64,000 bases of DNA from Octopus sinensis (Eukaryota), in the NCBI RefSeq assembly GCF_006345805.1, contig NC_043013.1:8804001-8868000 (forward strand), written 5' to 3'. The translations under genes and the position numbers were made by a program. Positions 27,420 to 40,664 of this stretch are shown one piece after another (position 1 is the stretch's first letter; each line of letters starts with the position of its first letter). The notes below the pieces were generated by a model. That model was not told where the DNA came from, did not search any database, and saw only the letters and a program-made list of their open reading frames with translations.

Positions 27420-27595
27420 CTGCAATTTTTTTTCCTCTGTCCTCCCGTCTCGGGATCTTTCTTTCTCCTATGTTTCCGACGAAGAGCTCCGCTCGAAACG
27501 TCATACCCTCCTTCTTCCATTTTCCTGAGCGCCTAATAATAATAATACTGTAATTGTTCCACGTGTTGTTTTTTCTGTTTTCCCGTTTGGATTAA

Positions 27596-27600
<5 letters not shown>
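27420..27600 (+). mobile_element. Penelope-like terminal repeat with minimal hammerhead motif
   Basis: GTTT-CCGACGA-A-GAGCtccGCTC-GAAACGTC-ATAC at 27472-27506. Confidence 0.55.
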
Positions 27601-27647
<47 letters not shown>

Positions 27648-27649
<2 letters not shown>

Positions 27650-28540
27650 TAAACAGTAAAATTAATTACAGACATGGACAAGAACATGAAACACCACAGA
27701 GACGACACAAGAACCACAGGACGGGACATTCGAAGCCCTCAGTCATCAGTCAAGAACCAGATCATCTTAGCAATTTCGGCTGATTAATCTTGAGATTGCT
27801 CCGATATGGCCAGCCCGCCAAGGGAAATCTAAGCCAAGCGCATTAGATCCCCTGGAAGAAAGCTTCGAATGTATACAACGAAAGGACGGAAAACGATCGA
27901 AGTACACAAACAAAAATACAGAATACGTGACACCAATAAGAATACAAAAACGTAAAAACAATAACGGTAAAAATAAAAAATAAACAACAAAACAAAACCA
28001 GGACGTAGGACAAGGGTCTTTCGACAGGACGATTTGAGTATGGGGCTGGCTTGTGAAGTTGTGCCTAAAGGCCACGGGGAGACGAACAAATACGTGTTGC
28101 TTCTGAGGCTGCTGAAAACGAAAAGAGCGCTCAACAGCGGCTAGCTGTCACGTGAGAACAAAAGACAGGAGAAAGGGACAGATGAAAAGGGAGAGAAGGT
28201 GGACGAGGGAGGAGAAGAAAGAGACAGATCGAGGGGGCTGGAGGTGAGAGAGATAGAGAAACGTAGAAAGGGGGGGGACGGATGGAGAGGGAAAGAAAGG
28301 AAGTGGAATAAGGGAGGAGAGAGAGAGAGAGAAAAAGAGACAGATTAAGAGTCGTATCAAAGCTTGAGAAAAAAATATACTTATCGTATAAGGACAATTG
28401 TGGATACGTAGCCGCCGATTATATAGGTAAACAGTAAAATTAATTACAGACATGGACAAGAACATGAAACACCACAGAGACGACACAAGAACCACAGGAC
28501 GGGACATTCGAAGCCCTCAGTCATCAGTCAAGAACCAGAT
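27648..28540 (-). mobile_element. Non-coding element with identical 115-bp direct terminal repeats (778-bp period), in (TA)n
   Basis: 27648-27762 equals 28426-28540; related fragment at 57925-58065; strand inferred from the CTGATGA..GAA motif. Confidence 0.75.
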
Positions 28541-29006
28541 ATATATGGGGAAATTAGAAACTGGTTCTACTGGTTTGACTTATGATACGATGATTCTTTC
28601 CATCTCTAATAATATGATATATAGAAGCTGGTTTTTCTAATATTAAAAATTGTCCCCAGTGATATTAAAATGAAAACCACTACACTGACTGTAATAATAT
28701 AACAAAATGGAAGCCTGCAATAAATATATAGAATTTAGTAGCTGAATCTACCAAAAAGAGATAAAATAGAGTTCTACCTTCTTCAAAAATTGCAGATAGC
28801 TCTACCAGTCTGAAAAATAATAGCTTGGTCTACCAGTATAAATGATAGCAACCAGTCGTATCAATGTGAGAATATATATGAAATTATTCATAAACAGAAT
28901 ATACAGCGTTCATTTTAAGCAAATCCTTTGATGAAATTCTCAAGAAATAATCCATCACAATTCAGAACTATTCAAGTATATTTTAAGATGAAAAAAAAAA
29001 GCTTAC

Positions 29007-29055
29007 TTGTTTGGGTTTCTGACCAGATACCTCAGCCATTTCTTGAAGTTCTAGT
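29007..29055 (-). CDS. Micro-exon B' (49 nt, phase 2>0): x-LELQEMAEVSGQKPKQ
   Basis: Identical to exon B; canonical splice sites; in frame with A3 upstream. Confidence 0.75.
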
Positions 29056-29433
29056 CTGCAAAATCAATAAATGGTAAAATTCCAGGTCAGTAAAATGAAT
29101 TGTCATGATGTGTATAAAGATGAATATTCAAGTCTTTATCCTTTAACTGTGAACGTCGAATAGAAAATTTGTGTTATTAAATGGAAAGAAATCGAGACAA
29201 TGGAAAAGAAACTCAGCTTTAAGGAATAATATGGCGGGTGAAAAGTTATGCACAGAAAGATTGATTCAGATAGAGACGAAGGTTGAGAGATAATCAAAGG
29301 AAGCTAAGAGAGAATTCAGAAAGAGGCAATTCCTCAAAGAGAAGCAAGTGGAAATATACCGAAAATGGCAGAAAAGGTGGAGAAATTAAACTTAACAGAA
29401 GCAATTGATAAACAATAAGAACAGCAGGAATTA

Positions 29434-30687
29434 CGAGGGGCGTTCAATAAGTAATGCCCCTGACCCACTTCCCATACCAGTAGAGCAACGGAACTTGGCA
29501 CCGTTATTGGTCTTTTTCTACATAGGAACCACTCAGAGTTATGCATTTCTCCCATCGTTTGATCCAGCTCTGGAGACCGTTTTTGTAAAAGACCCCAGCT
29601 TGGTCCTCCAACCACGACGTGACTTTAGAAATCAAGGCTGCATCATCTGGGAAATGCTTTCCTTTCAAAAACAACTTCATGGCTGGGAAGAAGTGAAAAT
29701 CAGAGGGTGCAAGGTCAGGAGAGTAGGGGGGTGGGGGAGGAGTTCATAGCCGCACGCCTGTGCTTCTGATCTGGCGACACGCGAGTTGTGGACCGGAGCG
29801 TTGTCCTGCAGGAGGAGGATGCCTTCGCTGAACTTGCCCCGCCTCTTGATTTTGATAGCTTCTCTTAATTTCCTCAAAAGTGAAGCATAATAGGCTCCTG
29901 TAATTGTGGTACCCTTTGCCAGGAAATCTGTCATCACTACTCCGTCCTGGTCCCAGAAGACTGTGAGCATGACCTTGCCAGCAGAGGGCTGCACGCTTGC
30001 CTTCTTTGGAGGAGGTGAGTCACGGTGCTTCCACTGCATTGACTGGGCTTTGGTCTCTGGATCATAGTGATGGACCCAGGTTTCATCCTGTGTAATCAGT
30101 CTTTTGAAAAAGTTTGACTCATCTTCTTGGTACGTCTCCAAATTCATCCTCGAGCACTCGACGCGTTCTCGCTTCTGGAAAGGTGTGAGCAACCTGGGAA
30201 TCCATCTGGCAGACACCTTTTGCATATGCAAATGGTCATGAATGATAGTTTCCACTGACCCGGTACTAATCTTGACCTCATGGGCTATTTGGCGAATAGT
30301 TATGCGTCGATCTTCCAAAATGGCAGCCTCAACTTGACGGACAGATGCCTCATCAATGGCAGAAGGGGGTCGACCAGATCTGGGAGCTGTTTCCACAGAA
30401 TTCCGACCATGTTTGAATTCACGATGCCAGCGTTTTACAAGGTCATATGATGGGGCATCATCACCATAAGTTACTTTCATTTCATCAAAAGTCTTCCGTG
30501 GTGTGCGTCCTTTCAAATACAAAAACCGGATCACTGCTCGACACTCAACAGGCTCCATTTCACACTTGACTTAGAGCTGTAATTTGCCACCTAATCTATG
30601 GAGATATAAGTAATTTCACATGCAAAATTTCAACTAGATCAAACACCTGGAAGTGGGTCAGAGGCATTACTTATTGAACGTCCCTCG
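29434..30687 (-). mobile_element. Mariner (Tc1/mariner, DD34D) transposon, full length 1254 bp
   Basis: 39-bp TIRs CGAGGG(G/A)CGTTCAATAAGTAATGCC(C/T)CTGACCCACTTCC; TA duplication at 29432-33 and 30688-89; empty site in the paralog at 3734-3735. Confidence 0.97.
29504..30558 (-). CDS. Mariner transposase with a single -1 frameshift
   Basis: HTH N-terminus, WIPRLL, TQDETW, QDNAPVH; one extra base in the G6 run at 29726-29731 restores YSPDLAPSD and a 351-aa ORF ending YVEKDQ*. Confidence 0.93.
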
Positions 30688-30761
30688 TATACCTTAGAAA
30701 TTATTCTATTCTCATACACACAAAAACACACATACAGACACACACACACACATATATATAT

Positions 30762-30852
<91 letters not shown>

Positions 30853-31019
30853 AAAAGAGGTGTTTCCATGCAGCAAAAAGAAAAGGACAAGTAAAACAAC
30901 ATCGCGAGGACTTGACACATGCAAATTGTGAATAAGACGCTCACAGAATGAAAGAAAGAAAGAGTGTTTTACGTTTCGAGCAAAGGTCTTTTTCAGAAAC
31001 AGAGGATGGCGTAAAATTC

Positions 31020-32210
31020 AAGCGAAAAGGAAGACAGGGAAAATAAGGCTTGGATGTGGTGAATTTATGCACTAGCTTCCCACACCATTATGATATAAAA
31101 GCAATCCTCTTCTGGCTAGAAAAATACCCAAATGAGATCCCAGGACGCATCAACCACAGCTTCACAATCCCAGCACTGAAATTTAACCTCCAGAACAACC
31201 ACTTCATGTCCGATACAGTTTACTATCAAGAAAAATGTGGAATTGCAGTGGGACCTCGTGCTGCCCCACTGATTGCGAATTTTGTAATGTAGAAATTAAA
31301 ATATACCAATTATCACAGCAAAAATATGGTACCTCAAAGGAATTAGACATACGAGCCTTAAGGGAAGTTAACCGAAATACTACACCAAATTTAAATGTAC
31401 TCCTATACATCTCCACATATAACTCCAGAAACAATGAGGCATTCAACATCATCATCCAGAATTTACCCATTCGCACTGGGGATAAACAATGAACGAAATT
31501 TTGGACTCACACAAAATTATCAAAATTTAACCGGCGCAAGATTATATCCCTTAACAACGGAACCAAAGGTGCAAAATGGGGGTGGCCTAACTGGGGCACA
31601 TGCTTCCACCTTTTGGGTGGGGGGTACAGAATTTCACTTCAAACAAGGTAAAATATTTAAGATAAAGTCACATTTCACTTTGCCTCTGAAAACCAAATCT
31701 ATGTCATTACTTGCTTAGGTTGCCAAAACCACTATATAGGACAAACACGAAGAACAACGCTTCAAAAACAACAAATCAGTTTCCCACAGTATAGGCAGAT
31801 ACATGTTAGTGAGCACATAGATAGATGTGAAAGGAATCTTAAACCAAACTTCCTTATTTTCCCTTTTTCTCAATGCTCCCAGAACACCTCAGTGCAGTAA
31901 AGACTAAATAAAGAGGCAACTTTCAGTAATAAATATCAACCACAACTTAACATGAACACACAACTTAATACAGGACACTACTAACCTTATTAATACAAGT
32001 AATCCCACTAATCCTCAAACATCTCATATACCATTCATACTCTGTTAATCATATTAATCTAATTGCATCACTTTCAGAACAGCTTACCTCCCTTGCATAC
32101 AGATACAGATACAGGTACTATTAGACCCAACAGCGTTTGGAAATTGGTGTTGATTCAAAGTTAGGGAACAGCGATGTCGAAACCGGTATGACTTTCTATA
32201 ATGACTCATG
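31020..32210 (+). mobile_element. Penelope-like remnant, duplicate of 4050-5240
   Basis: Near-identical ORFs 31050-31292 and 31235-31492. Confidence 0.85.
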
Positions 32211-32340
32211 GTAAGGATTTTTATACTTCTTAATTTCCCCTCAAATCATTTAATTGTATATATATGTATCTTTGTTCTAAGAAAAAGAACCATTACTTTT
32301 ATGCCTAGTGTGCATTTTCTTTGTTTCTTTTTAATTTTTC

Positions 32341-32413
<73 letters not shown>

Positions 32414-32939
32414 ATTATTATTAATATTATTTTACCTGCTCTTCTCCCATTGTTCTATCCTATTACTCTGTTATTCTCTCCTTCACTCTTCCTTGCTCAC
32501 GTGGCTCCCGCGTGACCATCGGACATCTTTCTTATTTTCTCTCCGTTGTAGCTGGAACAAGGAAGACGTGTTCTTGCTTGTATCATGTCCTAGCTTAATT
32601 TACGCGTTCGTCACCACAACCTCGTACAGGCTTAACAGCCCTTCCTGTTTCTTTTCACTGTCCTGGTTGTGTTACCTATTTTGATCCTCCGCAAAATCCC
32701 AAATTCTACTAAATTAGCTTTGCGGGAGCAACTGTTTTATCGAATGCGTATATTGTTGTTAAATGCTCGAAATACGAGAATAGAGAAACAATCAGCAACT
32801 GATGGCCGGTCGTTCTTCATGTTTGTTTTGTTTTCCATTTGTGTCTTTCGTTGTTCGAAAAAAATAGCTCGTGTTCCATGTACACGTGCTTCGTATTTTT
32901 GTACACGTTTTATGACGTCCTCTGCCCAGATATGCATAT

Positions 32940-33013
<74 letters not shown>

Positions 33014-33098
33014 GTATAAATGTAAGTATGTACATATGCGTATATATATAGGCATATATTATCTATAATATATACATATATATATACATATATATATT

Positions 33099-33199
<101 letters not shown>

Positions 33200-33419
33200 G
33201 TGTGTGCGTGTGTAAATGATCGAAATGTCATACTCACTCCTTTCAGTGGCGTCAAGCTATAATACATTTTTGTGTACGTTGTCCCGTTTGTTTTCATTTT
33301 TCGTTTTTTAACTCACTATTTTGCACGCGCGCGCGCACAGCCATATATAGAAATAAACAACAGCTAAAAACGTATATGTATAAGTCACAGAGACTCGCTA
33401 ATTCTTCATCAGTTTTTCG

Positions 33420-34890
33420 CTAATACTTTATCATAGTTCTAAGCCAAATTCCATCTTTATTTCTTTGGCAAAGCCATGTACTCTCTCTAGTACTGTTTCC
33501 AGCTGTTTATCATTTGCAGCGTATAGTTTTAGATCATCCTTATACAAGAGTTGGTCGATTGTTTTCCCGTAAAAGTTGTATCCATATCTAATTCTGTTTA
33601 GCACGTCAGATAAAGGTATCAGTGCCAAGCAGAAAGAGTGGAAAGATCGTGTCTCCCTGGAATATTACTGTTCTAACGGGGACGGCTCCCTTTCGATTAT
33701 TGTCGTTACTTTGGTCATAGAATATTATCAAAAGCTTTTCGATAATCGATCCCAGTCATACTTGGACCATTCTTCTCTTGTCGGCTGTCTTCAGTTATGG
33801 ATTTATTGACAGGTATCTGATGCTTTTGCAGCACCCCTTCTTCCGTTTCAGAAACAGGTTGTTATCTTCCAGATGTTTGCCCATTCTCTGCAGTGAAGGT
33901 TTTGTAAATTGTAGCGAGACAAGTTACGGTTTGTAATTTTGTGGGTTTCCCGTTTCAGTGGACTTGGTAATCAGGAAATGTTTCCCTTCCATGGGCCCTT
34001 GAAATATTGTCTCAGGCTCTTTTAGTATTTCATCAAATTTCCCGGGCATCGTTTTCTGTATTCCTGTTTGATATTTCAACCAGAAATTGGAGACCGCGTA
34101 GTGCATGGTTGCCGACCTCTTCAGCTGCTATAGGAGTCCAGAGTTGTAGAGGAGCTGTTTTTGTTACTTTGAAAGACATTTTCCTAGGTTGTTCCCTCAC
34201 CAACCATATTTCTTTCCATTGATTTCTATTTTATTTTTGCCAAGTTCTAAGTAGAATCTTTTGAAATTGGAGTAGAACTGTTTGTTTTGTTCAAAGGAAC
34301 GTTGGCGTATCTCATACTGGCGGATTTTTTGTACTCTTGCTTTAGCTGTTCTTTTATCCCAGGTATACTTTGTTCTAGAATTTTCTATTTCCATAGTATT
34401 TTACTTCTGTTCTTGTTGCTTAGTAGTGTTGATTATCTACTAATCTCCTTAAGGACTGACAGATCCTTTCTTTTATTTTATATCTTTTTCTAGATATTCT
34501 TTATCCACAGGGTTTTTTTAGGTGGTAATTCTTCTGTTTGGATGGGTTTGAGAGGGTATCTAGCTTTGATATATTATAGCATTTAACCTGATCATACTGA
34601 CGTTTGTTTCTGTGGGTATTAGTTCCGTGACGGCCAGTTTCCTATTATTTATTATTAATGTGGCTTTAATATCAACCTTAATTTTGGGGAGCTACAGTCA
34701 GTTGTCCATACTGAGATTTGAGCCTTTCAATTCTTTGATTATATTCATTTTTAGAGTATCATAATCATTAGTTTCACCTTCACTCTTTTAAGGTTTTAGA
34801 TTTGTTTCGCTTTCCTTCCTGTTCATATTTTTTGTCTGTGGTGTTCTGATTTCGTGCATATAGCTCATCATTATACATTCATACGGCCTG
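33420..34890 (-). mobile_element. R4/Dong-like LINE remnant, duplicate of 6390-7870
   Basis: ORF 33431-33628 identical in translation to 6398-6595. Confidence 0.85.
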
Positions 34891-37443
34891 GGTTTGTTGC
34901 CTTTCGTTGTTTTCTTCCTTTTCGTTACGTTTGACTTCGTATCTTACACTCCCAGTGCTTATGATATTATTTGGCATTGCTGTGTGGTCACTATCTACGA
35001 TTTCCTAATGTACACTGAATCGCAAAAGAAACGCAATCTTTTTCAAATGTCATTTTATATTCTAAATATATTTCAGTGATGTAAGAGTAAATATTCCAAA
35101 ACCTGCTGATTTATGGCTGAGACCCAAATTACAGGCAGTCTTTAGACTTTCCCGAAACGGGACGCCAAAATGCAGCTGCGTTGAATGTCGTGGGTATCAG
35201 TCGCAAACTATTGAAAAGAAAACCGAAATGCACGTGCATCTCGTGGAGGTTATGGCTCTAAAAATGAACTTGAACCGCATTCCTGGCATTCCAAATTTCT
35301 TCGCCTTTGGAGTAGTTCATTTCGCATTGTGGCATTGTTGGATTATTATTGTTGGAACTCCTTCCTGCTTTCTTTTTTTGTTAACGCCACATTTGTTTAT
35401 GTTCTGCGTTTCGCAGGCTTTTTTCAACATTGTTCATATCTATTATATCAACGCCAATGTCTTTATGTGAGTTCGCGTGTTACTTGTGTATTCAAAAACT
35501 GCTGCACCGATCATAATGAAATTTAGAACACAAAATCAAAGCCTAGGGAGAAGGGCAATGCTGTGTGTTTCATACAATTTCATGGACCAAAATTACTGGA
35601 TCCTTATGATATTTGAAACTTAGATTCAATGCATAAGGGCAGGTATAATGCAATATGTTTGGTTTAAATTTCAGATGGCTTAAAGGGGGAAGAACCCCCC
35701 CATGAAAATTCATAAATTTTCGATGTTGATGAAATTTCAACCATAAGTAATTGATACACATCAAGAAGTATTCTCAAAGATTCCACTTCATATGAGGATT
35801 CTAAGACACCATATTGAGGGCCTTAACTCCCAAATTTTAGTCATTTCTTTTATGATCCAAAATTAGGTTAAAAGTACTGAATGGATCTTTACGAAATTTG
35901 GGAATTATATTCTATGCATAAAGGCCATAACCCCCATGACAATTCATATATTTTTGCTGCTGATGAAATTTTAACCACAGATATTAGATACAAATGAAGT
36001 AATATTTATAAAATTTCATCTTCTTGCAAGTTAGAAAGACCCCTTAATGGGGACTTAATACCCACAATTTAATCATTTTATCTAAGCAAAGACGAATACA
36101 GTTGTACTCTTGGAAGCTGTAGGGTCACCCGAGCATAAAGATGAGCATTGTTTGTAATTCAATGGTACAACAGTGTAAGAGTTTGCTTTGGCATACACTT
36201 AGATTGTGATTTCTGCAATGTGGTGCATAAATTGTCAAGAAAATCGGAGGCATCTTTGCTTCCGCTGATTCAGTTGCAAAGTGTTGAGTAAAGTTATTTG
36301 ATTGCAGACCTCCTTTCAGTCTTTTTATTATCACTGAGTCACACATAGTCCCCAGAGAGTAACATTGATTTCAAGGCCTTCGCAGATGAGTGACTTGTTA
36401 TTCAAAGACATTTATAGATTGTAAATTTATTCTGTCCAGTTACGTATCAGTACAGTGGTCATTAGCAAACTCCAACTTTCATTTATCCTTAGCCCTCACG
36501 TCACACAGTTGTTAATGTTTATTTCAGTTGGGTCACGCCCTTCCAATTACTATAGATTCGTAATGCATCTTACGGCTGTAATACTACATTGGGAATATTA
36601 CATTGGGAGTGGTAACGACTGGAGTAGGGTAGCTGACTGCTTATTGTGATGATTCGTCTTTTGGTTTCCTGTAGCTTTGCTCTATTTTACAAACCCAGTG
36701 AACATATATTTCCTATTTCAAAGAAATTCAAGCAATAGATATATGCATACAAATAGAAAAGATGTTGCAATTATTATATAGCATAACAGATTGTAGAGTA
36801 GTTTTAACTGTTTTATGGAAAGACCTAAGTTTTTTCACTTACATGGAGGTACTACATTATGTGTATATTTATGAAAATTAGGCTTCATATAAATTTATTA
36901 AGAATTGGTAGATTTTATAACAGAAATGTAGGCATTCTTGCATCGTTCTGTCACAATAAAATACGTCAAATATCATTGAAATGACGTAATATTAAATAGC
37001 ATTGTAGGTAGAAATTCACTGCCAATTAATAAAATCCGTATGTTTTATATTAATTCTTTCACTTGGTGTAGAGACTTCGTAAAACATTAATCTTATTTTG
37101 GTTATTAATGTTCTAAATTTTTCTAAGGTGACTAAGTTACCTGAACTTACAGGCTGTTGTACAAAATACTTGCCATATATCATTTCTTAACTGTCGATTC
37201 TCTTTCATTTTTCCATCATGGAAAATACTCAATAACATCGCTTTCCCTTTATATAAATGCCAGTAATATGGTGGGGTAAATATAGTTTATTCTTTCTTTT
37301 ATTATTGTTGAAATTGTTCAAATACTAAAGGATAAAAGCAATACTTAAAATTCTCTAAGGATCAGATATGAAGAGATTTAGAGGTTTAGTGGTGTCTTTA
37401 AATATGATGAGTAAATGTAATATGGAAATGTTTGTCTACTTAC

Positions 37444-37496
37444 CCATTGGCAGAAGATGCCATTGCCACCGGCCTTCGTCCTCCACCTCTTCGAAT
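37444..37496 (-). CDS. Micro-exon A3 (53 nt, phase 0>2): IRRGGGRRPVAMASSAN-G
   Basis: ATTATTCTCTAG acceptor and GTAAGT donor; ~400 nt of flank paralogous to A1 and A2. Confidence 0.7.
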
Positions 37497-37924
37497 CTAG
37501 AGAATAATACAAACATGGTTAATTGCAGAAAAAGTTTTGGAGTTATAATGTTTAGCTGTTAGTAGCAAGGTTTAAACAATATGCTTATATGAAGGAGGAG
37601 GTATATAAGTAACAGTAGTGTGCAAAAGACAAAGAATAACCACATCTAAAAATCCAACTACACACAGATATAGACTCAGAAAATATAATGGGAAAAGATA
37701 TTTTTATTTTCAGTTTAGTTGTAGAAATCTGAACATAGCTATTATTGCTTTCAAATAAAGATATGAAATAGTGTTTATAATTATTTTACTTTTATAAGGC
37801 TCAGTTTTCATGATATCAGTGAAAATCCCTTAACATATTATTTTAGGCATAATTTAGAAATGGTTAGGAAAATAAAATCATCAAATGTAATTTGAAACAC
37901 AGTTTATATAAGTATAGATGGATT

Positions 37925-38200
37925 ATTATTTACATTATTTACATTAGTCGGATATGTGTCCTCGTGTTGTTTGTTGTTGCCACAGCGTTTCGGCTTATTT
38001 ACTGTCCAGCCTTCATCAGGTGTTCTAGTGGAATTTTAGACCCAACCCTAAGTTCTCATTCTTAAGGTATTTGTTGGTGATGTTACTAAAATTCCACCAG
38101 GACACCTGATGAAGGCTGAGGAATAAATCAGCCGAAACGTTTTGATAACAACAAACAAGCTGAGTACACATAACCGTCTAATGTAAATAATGTAAATAAT
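37925..38200. mobile_element. Palindromic Penelope-type element, 115-bp inverted arms with hammerhead-like cores
   Basis: Arms 37925-38039 and 38086-38200; CTGATGA-A-GGCTGA(ggaataaa)TCAGCC-GAAACGTT at 38106-38141. Confidence 0.75.
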
Positions 38201-38229
38201 GTACAGAATTCTTCGTCTCTGAAAGAGAG

Positions 38230-39480
38230 AACAGTATAAATGGATTATAAAGATCACATCCGGAAATCATCAAAAAGCTCCAAACAGGCAAAATAGAAGT
38301 GATAGTTATTGATAGAAAACAGCATGGAGATGGCAGAATATGATATAGAAGAGTAAGAGAGAAGACTCTTTGCAGATTGTGAAATAATACAAGGAAAGAA
38401 GAAAACAGGAGCAACAAGTGTTGAAAAGAGTTAGATGGTAAGCATTTCAGACGAAGGCAGGATGTTGCAGCAGATAAATCGTGATTATGGTTGAATAATG
38501 GAGAGATCAAAGAACAAATAGAAGGCCTCGTTGTGGTTGCTCAAATCCAGTCTTTACTATTCGTTACTCTCGTTGCTGTTATGCCGAAAAGAAAAAGAAC
38601 AGTTTTGACATTAACAAAGATGCAGCTCCAAAATAAAAGGCGGCTTTGAGCTGAATCTTCCCTTCAAAGACAGTCGCAGATTGCAGGGGGCTCTGCTGAA
38701 GTGAGGGCTGTGGCCATCGATGAGGGTTGTTTGAATAAAACAGATAGTAACAACGATTTCAATGCACGTGCACATGCATTTGAAAGTTCTTCCGATGTTT
38801 TACTTCCAGACATCGTAATACTCCTTCCAGTTCACGTGCGTGTAGTGTTGTGAGTGAACAAGAACATAAACAAAGGCTCGCAAAGGCCAAAGCTACTGCT
38901 CGAGCTGCAGAGAGTGAATGTCATTAAAGCAAGAATAGACAGAACCATGGAAAGTGTTTAGTACAGAATGTGTAACGAAAATGGCGAGTCAATTCTGCAG
39001 ATAATAAGTACTGGAGTTCCTTTTTCACAGAATGAGTATAAATGCAGGCAGGATTACTTCAAAGAGGCTTTGGATTAAGGGGAGAATCATCGTACCAACA
39101 ACGACCAGACAGTGTGATAGAGAATGAACAGTTTAAGGTATTATGGGAAAAGCTGATCCTGAAATTCAAGCAAGACGAACAAATACTATCGTGCTAGATA
39201 AGGTTTCCAAAGAGTGTGTCATCCCAGGTGTGGTTGTGTCTGAATGTACCAGTTGTAAAAAGAAGAAAAAAACGGAAGAGCAAAAAGAAAATGCCAAGAT
39301 TTTCAATAATTCTGGAGGGTTTCTTCATAAGTTATCTCAGTAGTTATAGGCGCCCGAGGTACTGATGCCAATAAACTTGGTAGTTTCTTAAATAATACGA
39401 AAATTGGATTAATACAGAAATCTGTTATATTAGAAATTGCAACGATTGCTCAAAATGTCCTCAATACCAAATGAACAGTT
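38230..39480 (+). mobile_element. R4/Dong-like LINE 3' remnant (zinc knuckle and RLE), interrupted
   Basis: WLNNGEIKEQIEGLVVVAQ; RMCNENGESILQII; ENEQFKVLW; EIQARRTNTIVLDK. Confidence 0.65.
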
Positions 39481-39544
39481 CTGACCTGATATTCAAATGC
39501 AATATATTTGTGCATACCTTTAAATAAAGATAATGGTTTCTAAT

Positions 39545-39750
39545 ACGGGCACAAGGCTTGAAATTTGGGAGAACGGTGTAGTCAATTACATCGACCCCAG
39601 TGCTCAACTGACACTTATTTTCAACGACTCTGAAAGTATGAAAGCCAAAGTCAACCGCAGCAGAATTTGAACACAGAATGTAAAGATGAGTGAAATACTG
39701 CTAAGCATTTTATCCAGCATGCTAATGACTCTGCCAGCTTGCAGCCTTAG
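39545..39750 (-). mobile_element. SINE, same family as 320-515 (further fragments at ~39830-39960 and ~40510-40660)
   Basis: GCACAAGG..CATCGACCCCAG..CTTATTTT..AAAGTCAAC..ATTTGAAC.CAGAA..GCTAAGCATTT. Confidence 0.7.
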
Positions 39751-39989
39751 ATAATGTACCCACCAACCTACTAATTCAACATATAGCGATAATAAAAATT
39801 CTTTCTAATGTTCACACAAGACCATCAAGGAAAATAAGAGTTAGTATGATCGACTTCAGTACCTGACTAGTACTTTATTTTGTCAGCCCTGAAAATATGA
39901 AAAACAAAGTTGACTGTGACAAGATTTGAAATCAGAATATAAAAATCCGGAACAAAAGAGGCAAAATATTTTTTTTTACATTCTAACAA

Positions 39990-40380
39990 TTTCATTGGTA
40001 GGAACTCTGTGGAACTCACGGCCTAAAAATAGCAAAGACGTAGTATGAGCAAATCCTAGATATAAGACTGCAAAGTCCTGTCGGATGCAATGATTCGGTG
40101 TAACCATCATATCAGACGTGAAAAACTTGACATTGTTGTGGTGAACAAAGAGGAATAAGAAAGAAATTGAACAACTACGAGTGTTTTGGATACACGAAAG
40201 TTGTGGGTAATGAAACGTGTGGACGTGATACCAATAGTAATTGGCGCCCTTGGCAGTATCAACACTCAACTACCAGCATGGTGCAAAGGGTTGCTACAAA
40301 TATAAATATAAATACGCTCAAAAATCAGCACTGCTTGCAGCTGTAAGAGTTCTCCGCAGGGTTCTTGAAGCATGATCAGT
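39990..40380 (+). mobile_element. RLE-type LINE 3' remnant
   Basis: RREKLDIVVVNKE and VDVIPIVIGALGSI segments. Confidence 0.6.
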
Positions 40381-40664
40381 AAACTAATGTCACCAGTGTC
40401 TGCTTGCAGTGAACAGCCGACACTTTCCATCATACCCAGCAAAATAAGCTGAGAGTTTTCATCAAATAATAGGACTATTATTTGAAGTAAACTCTTAAAT
40501 GGAATCTTGAGGGAGCAAGCAAGTCGATAAAATCGGCCCCAGAACTCACTGGGTTCTTATTTTATTGATCCCGAAAACGATGAAAGCAAAGTTGACCGTG
40601 GTGGTATTTGAAGCTGGAACATAAAGAGCGAGAAGAAATGCCAGTAAGGAGTAAGCGCCTGCCA

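Noticed and set aside
36843-36851. 9-nt minus-strand micro-exon (TAG|TACCTCCAT|GTAAGT)
   Set aside because: Poor polypyrimidine tract and no paralog in the other modules
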